NCBI GenBank assembly: GCA_946540675.1
Contig: CAMNIW010000001.1
Coordinates: 1-35,946 of the forward strand
Length of the DNA stretch: 35,946 nucleotides
Reading direction: 5' to 3'
From: an uncultured Clostridia bacterium
GTDB taxonomy: Bacteria; Bacillota; Clostridia; Christensenellales; Borkfalkiaceae
Shown here: one piece after another, positions 33,301-35,946 of the stretch
Position numbering within the stretch: position 1 is the first letter of the stretch
How the letters are laid out: each line of letters starts with the position of its first letter
Position numbers and translations under genes: made by a program
The notes under the pieces: model-generated
Database searches by the model: none
What the model was told of the DNA's origin: nothing
The model's input: only the letters and a program-made list of their open reading frames with translations

Positions 33301-33462
33301 ACTTACGACGTCGCCTATCCTGACTCTGTCCGCGAGCGGCTCCGCAAGTCCGACGGGCGTTTCGCCTTTGACGTCCGTAACCGCTCCGACGAGCAGACAG
33401 GATATAGCGGTAGCGGCTATAAGACATATCTTTGTCAACGATGATCTTTTTACGCTCGTCAT
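30394..33462 (-). CDS. Large secreted protein with repeated Ig-like domains, function unknown
   Basis: 1022 aa with an N-terminal signal/anchor (KICLIAATAISCLLVGAV). Recurrent beta-sandwich-type endings: YVATDYSGNRAEEEISF, YTATDYYGASASAAVNVEV, YTAYDSEGQRTRMGQLV, FMAYDDDYNLTVRTFTITV. The start overlaps the permease stop (TAATG). Confidence 0.75.
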   Translation of the reverse strand: MTSVKRSSLTKICLIAATAISCLLVGAVTDVKGETPVGLAEPLADRVRIGDVVSIPDYYAESGGTTVKAKSNVTTPDGVTYCGNKFTADRGGRYVVEYVVNDAVVHTEECVAVMGATDMFSVNALAEIDGVADYKYLPENSGYGGVAINVNAGAAITFNREINMESFTKNDVFFEAIVEPETEGEADFKQMIVTLTDPEDSSSYFRFTVTDGNADGGTPKHVIFVNGAANGQTAGGYNYDREQPYWQQKDIYGTSATCSFRAATMNGESDYSIKIYYDSEEKALYIPHFGVKSLIVDYDDPVIFGGNAWKGFESGKAVMTVTFTDVKTGGGRVIFNRIAGISLQGDTIEDTVAPEIYIDLGGQPKAPNSLLGTDYRVFPCYAYDFFDSDVDIETRVLYENPFTGSVCDVMITDGTFKTDKLGKYTVKYVATDYSGNRAEEEISFECIAKAEDITLTNLPSDFTASIFDPIKVTEAEFIRAFGGNGRSDVTVRVLDPDGEEAELTDSVFVPMKIGDYKIEYTATDYYGASASAAVNVEVTANERTLFLSGIDLPDVLMSEFVYVVPEVSAKACHEGETIDCKIEYLVDGNVLDETRSFKADKDALTATVVCRALSADGTELDRIEKEVLVADGKNGKDQTAYFYNADGNMSVVETMTGIDLMASKDAYATFTNELNGLSFALGVNYLGKDCNFGSFDVILVDASDKSVSLTFKFTVSGDGVKIVPPHGEETDFPSVNGYFKFQFDPSSGIVTDADNLSVTFVGKDDKGRDFSGFGGGVYAGFAFCGVEKESRISLTLLNNQSLGFRSENEDERRDLKGPEIMILGDLPVRAPLNSEITVYPAVAYDVLSQAQNPTVQIQSPSGETIVGQGLADKNIALRLTEVGVYRIIYTAYDSEGQRTRMGQLVTAYDSVEPELDVEFSDMTKSVGDTVTLPEISASDESGKVYCDVFLFLPTGEVRMLIHSDNGNVTSYLSLTHDRYPSSFKVSDNKFRLEQKGKYVLKFMAYDDDYNLTVRTFTITVKG

Positions 33463-34394
33463 TAACCTTTTACTCCCCCTATCGACATATTAGCCATAAT
33501 TTTCTTGTTGAAAAACCCGAATAGAATAAGGATCGGAACCGCGACTAAAATCATGGCGGAAACGCTTACGGGCGTACTGCCCTGTCCTTCCTGACCGCGC
33601 GTCACACGTACGAAATAATACATACCGTACGCCATAACGGGGTGAGAAGACCAATATATCATCGGTATCTGATAATCGTTCCAGAACGCTATGAAATTGA
33701 GAAGCATCACCGTAGTGATGGTCCCGATGGAAATGGGGAAAATTATCCCCAGCATAACCTTGAAATCGGACGCTCCGTCCAACTCCGCCGCTTCGGTATA
33801 GTCCTTGGGTATGACCTTGAACTGTGCGTGGAATACCAAAAAGTATATCCCCAAAAAGTTGGCTTTAAGGACGTATAGACCAAATAGAGAATCCATCAGA
33901 TGCAGGTTCTCCACCATTCTTATCTCCGACGGCAACGCGCCGACTATGGGGATCGCCATAGTCACGAGAACTATGCCGTATATAACCTTTCCGAACCTGA
34001 AATCGAATCTCGCCACGAGATAAGCCATTACGCAGGGCACCATCGTCGCGATAACCGCGCATCCGCCCGAATAAAGTACGGAATAGACAAACATTTCCGT
34101 TATATGCACGCCGTCGCCTATGTCCACCTTGAATTTGGTAAACGCCGTGATAACGTTCTGAAAAGTAAACCACGTCTTTACCGAACCGTCTTTTAACCGC
34201 TGAAACCCGAGCATCATCAGAACGTCTTCTCTCGCCGTTCCGAAATCGTACATATTGTAATCTATGAACGAAGTGTAAAACGCCCACAGTAGCGGAGTCA
34301 GCAGAATGACCGTGTATACCGCAAGTATGACGCATAAAACGGTCAGACTCGCGCTGAAATAGCCGCGCTTTTTGTTTTTTACCGTCGTCGCCAT
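33462..34394 (-). CDS. Carbohydrate ABC transporter permease (LplC-like)
   Basis: The likely start is ATG 34394 (MATTVKNKKRGYF...), with GAGGAG 9 nt upstream and 5 nt after the previous stop. The ORF-track start 34586 overlaps the upstream gene. EAA loop YTEAAELDGASDFKVMLGIIFPI. Confidence 0.85.
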   Translation of the reverse strand: MATTVKNKKRGYFSASLTVLCVILAVYTVILLTPLLWAFYTSFIDYNMYDFGTAREDVLMMLGFQRLKDGSVKTWFTFQNVITAFTKFKVDIGDGVHITEMFVYSVLYSGGCAVIATMVPCVMAYLVARFDFRFGKVIYGIVLVTMAIPIVGALPSEIRMVENLHLMDSLFGLYVLKANFLGIYFLVFHAQFKVIPKDYTEAAELDGASDFKVMLGIIFPISIGTITTVMLLNFIAFWNDYQIPMIYWSSHPVMAYGMYYFVRVTRGQEGQGSTPVSVSAMILVAVPILILFGFFNKKIMANMSIGGVKG

Positions 34395-34399
34395 ACCCG

Positions 34400-35356
34400 T
34401 CACTCCTCGAATCTTTTGCTGAATTTTCTGAATAAGACCGTCGGAACGATGGCTACCGCCGTACAGCAAAGTCCCAACGCGCTCGCAAAACCGTAATAGG
34501 TTTTTCCGTACGCTCCGCCGTTTTGCGCGATAACGAACATATAATAACCCAGCGTGTCGGCGTCGGGCATATTGGTCGCTATCCACTCGCCGTAAAAAGT
34601 ATAGAGATTAGCCTGATTCGCAAACGCCCCCGCGATCGTCGCTATCATAAACGTCGACACCGTGCCCATTATTTCGGGCATAACTATGGAGAACAATTCT
34701 CTCATTTCCCCGACGCCGTCTAACTTCGACGCTTCGAGAACGGACGGAGATATCTGTTCCATAGCGTTGCTGTAAAGAAGGACCTGCGTGCCGAAACTCA
34801 AAAATATGGAGTATGACATCACCGTCCTGAACACAGTCATGGGATCGCTGCTCGCGAGCATATTTTCCCAGCCGAACAACAGCGGAAGAAGATCTCTCGA
34901 CAAACACTCGAATATGTTTGCGAGCAAAACTCCCGGCAGGATCGAAGGTAAAAACAATATAAATCTGTAAAATCTGCCTATCTTCTTGCTCTTGAATACA
35001 AAGTAAGAGAACAATATCGCTACCATCGTCCCGAAAACGGCGGTAAAAAACCACAGTATGACCGAGTTTTTTATAGCCGGCGGAAGAATATTGTTGTTTA
35101 TCGAGTATTCTACGAAAATATCCTTAAAGTTCTTGAATACGTCGCCCTGAATAAACTTAAACCTGCCGTTTATCGGATCGTATTCCTGAAACGCCAACAA
35201 AAAACTTTGGAAGTTGACGCCTATATAAAACAAGCAAAATTGTACCAGCGGAATGACCATCAGTCCGTAGTAAAAAAACTTCCTTTTACTGAAAACAAAT
35301 CTGCTTTTCGGTTTTTTCAAATTTTCTTTCACGGTTTTCCCGTTGCTTTCCGCCAT
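34400..35356 (-). CDS. Carbohydrate ABC transporter permease (LplB-like)
   Basis: 318 aa, polytopic. EAA-like loop VLEASKLDGVGEMRELFSIVMPE. Confidence 0.85.
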   Translation of the reverse strand: MAESNGKTVKENLKKPKSRFVFSKRKFFYYGLMVIPLVQFCLFYIGVNFQSFLLAFQEYDPINGRFKFIQGDVFKNFKDIFVEYSINNNILPPAIKNSVILWFFTAVFGTMVAILFSYFVFKSKKIGRFYRFILFLPSILPGVLLANIFECLSRDLLPLLFGWENMLASSDPMTVFRTVMSYSIFLSFGTQVLLYSNAMEQISPSVLEASKLDGVGEMRELFSIVMPEIMGTVSTFMIATIAGAFANQANLYTFYGEWIATNMPDADTLGYYMFVIAQNGGAYGKTYYGFASALGLCCTAVAIVPTVLFRKFSKRFEE

Positions 35357-35419
35357 AGTTTACTCCCGACCCGTCCTATTCCGCGCGCCGCCCGAAAGCG
35401 GCCGTGCCGCGACGTTTTA

Positions 35420-35946
35420 TCAATAGGCTTTGTACAAACCGTCAAAATATTCTTTAGCCGTCAATCCCGCGTTCAACCTGAACTGACTGAACGGGTTGGT
35501 TACGGGCTGACTGCCGAATTTGGACGTCCACGCCCAAAACTCCAATCTCATCTGCGTGGAATTGGCGATATAAGTAAGGTTATCCGAATACGGGTATACT
35601 ATATCCGCGTTTTCCTTCATTTGCATAAGGGATCTTCCGAAATAGGTCATCTGTTCTTTGTCCCCGTCGGAAACGGTATAGGTATAAGGACGCGTGATCG
35701 ACGTGAGCTTCGTAAACGAAGCGAGTTCGGCTTCCGTATGCAAAAATTTCAGAAATTCTTTCGCCGCTTCCAATTTTCCGCCGTTCGTCGCGGCGTTTAT
35801 AAAGCAGAAAGATTCGTTGGAAGATATCCATGTCTGCTTAGCCGAACGGGTTTCGTCCGCCATGGGTATCGGCATAAACGCAAACCTTCTCGTGGTCTTA
35901 TAATCTTTTCCGCTTATATCTCCCCTGACATCCAACTTCGAAACGG
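35420..35946 (-). CDS. C-terminal part of an extracellular solute-binding protein (5' end beyond the window)
   Basis: The frame stays open to the window edge. Its position upstream of two permeases and its C-terminal style (...AKEYFDGLYKAY) parallel the end of SBP 5443..7170 (...YGEYFNK). Confidence 0.75.
   Translation of the reverse strand, partial: VSKLDVRGDISGKDYKTTRRFAFMPIPMADETRSAKQTWISSNESFCFINAATNGGKLEAAKEFLKFLHTEAELASFTKLTSITRPYTYTVSDGDKEQMTYFGRSLMQMKENADIVYPYSDNLTYIANSTQMRLEFWAWTSKFGSQPVTNPFSQFRLNAGLTAKEYFDGLYKAY

Noticed and set aside
35357-35419. GC-rich intergenic segment with a gccgc/gcggc mini-hairpin, considered as a terminator between the SBP and the permease
   Set aside because: The stem is only 5 bp and no U-tract follows on the minus strand. 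The genes are probably co-transcribed.

Overview
This window looks like a Firmicutes/Clostridia-type chromosome segment: GGAGG-type ribosome-binding sites (RBS), many lipoproteins, LplABC-like sugar ABC transporters. Almost all of it is one minus-strand pectin/galacturonan utilisation region. It holds two sugar ABC transporter sets (3623-7170 and 33462-35946). Each set is followed by large surface lipoproteins built from uncharacterised repeat modules. The region also encodes GH78-like and GH28 glycosidases, a Gfo/Idh/MocA oxidoreductase, an alpha/beta hydrolase, uxaB-uxaA (altronate branch of galacturonate catabolism) and a divergent AraC regulator. Between the AraC gene and uxaA lies a plus-strand accessory insertion. 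It starts with an IS200-type tnpA remnant and a small orphan ORF. A sharply AT-rich block of about 4.9 kb (about 12.6-17.5 kb) follows. That block carries (i) an intact, translationally coupled AAA_21-type ATPase + RloB-like pair (AbiL / split-OLD-like defence architecture). It also carries (ii) a junk zone with two tandem tRNA-3'-end scars, phased GTGACGA repeats and a serine-recombinase C-terminal remnant. Finally it carries (iii) a four-gene cassette of unknown function: a 4x15-aa repeat miniprotein, a frameshifted small gene, a gene with an in-frame TAA, and an intact two-domain GIY-YIG nuclease. The cassette has a G8 tract in its promoter spacer, a GTGTGCA-type box just upstream of the promoter and three more boxes after its last gene. 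I rate this cassette, next to the AbiL-like pair, as the best candidate for an undescribed (possibly decaying) defence module. Other notable structure: a >99% identical 2x606-bp in-frame tandem duplication in a lipoprotein gene, apparent gene conversion between paralogous lipoprotein genes, and a C-terminal module shared by two giant lipoproteins. No rRNA, intact tRNA or CRISPR array was seen. All family names come from motif recognition by eye; no searches were run.
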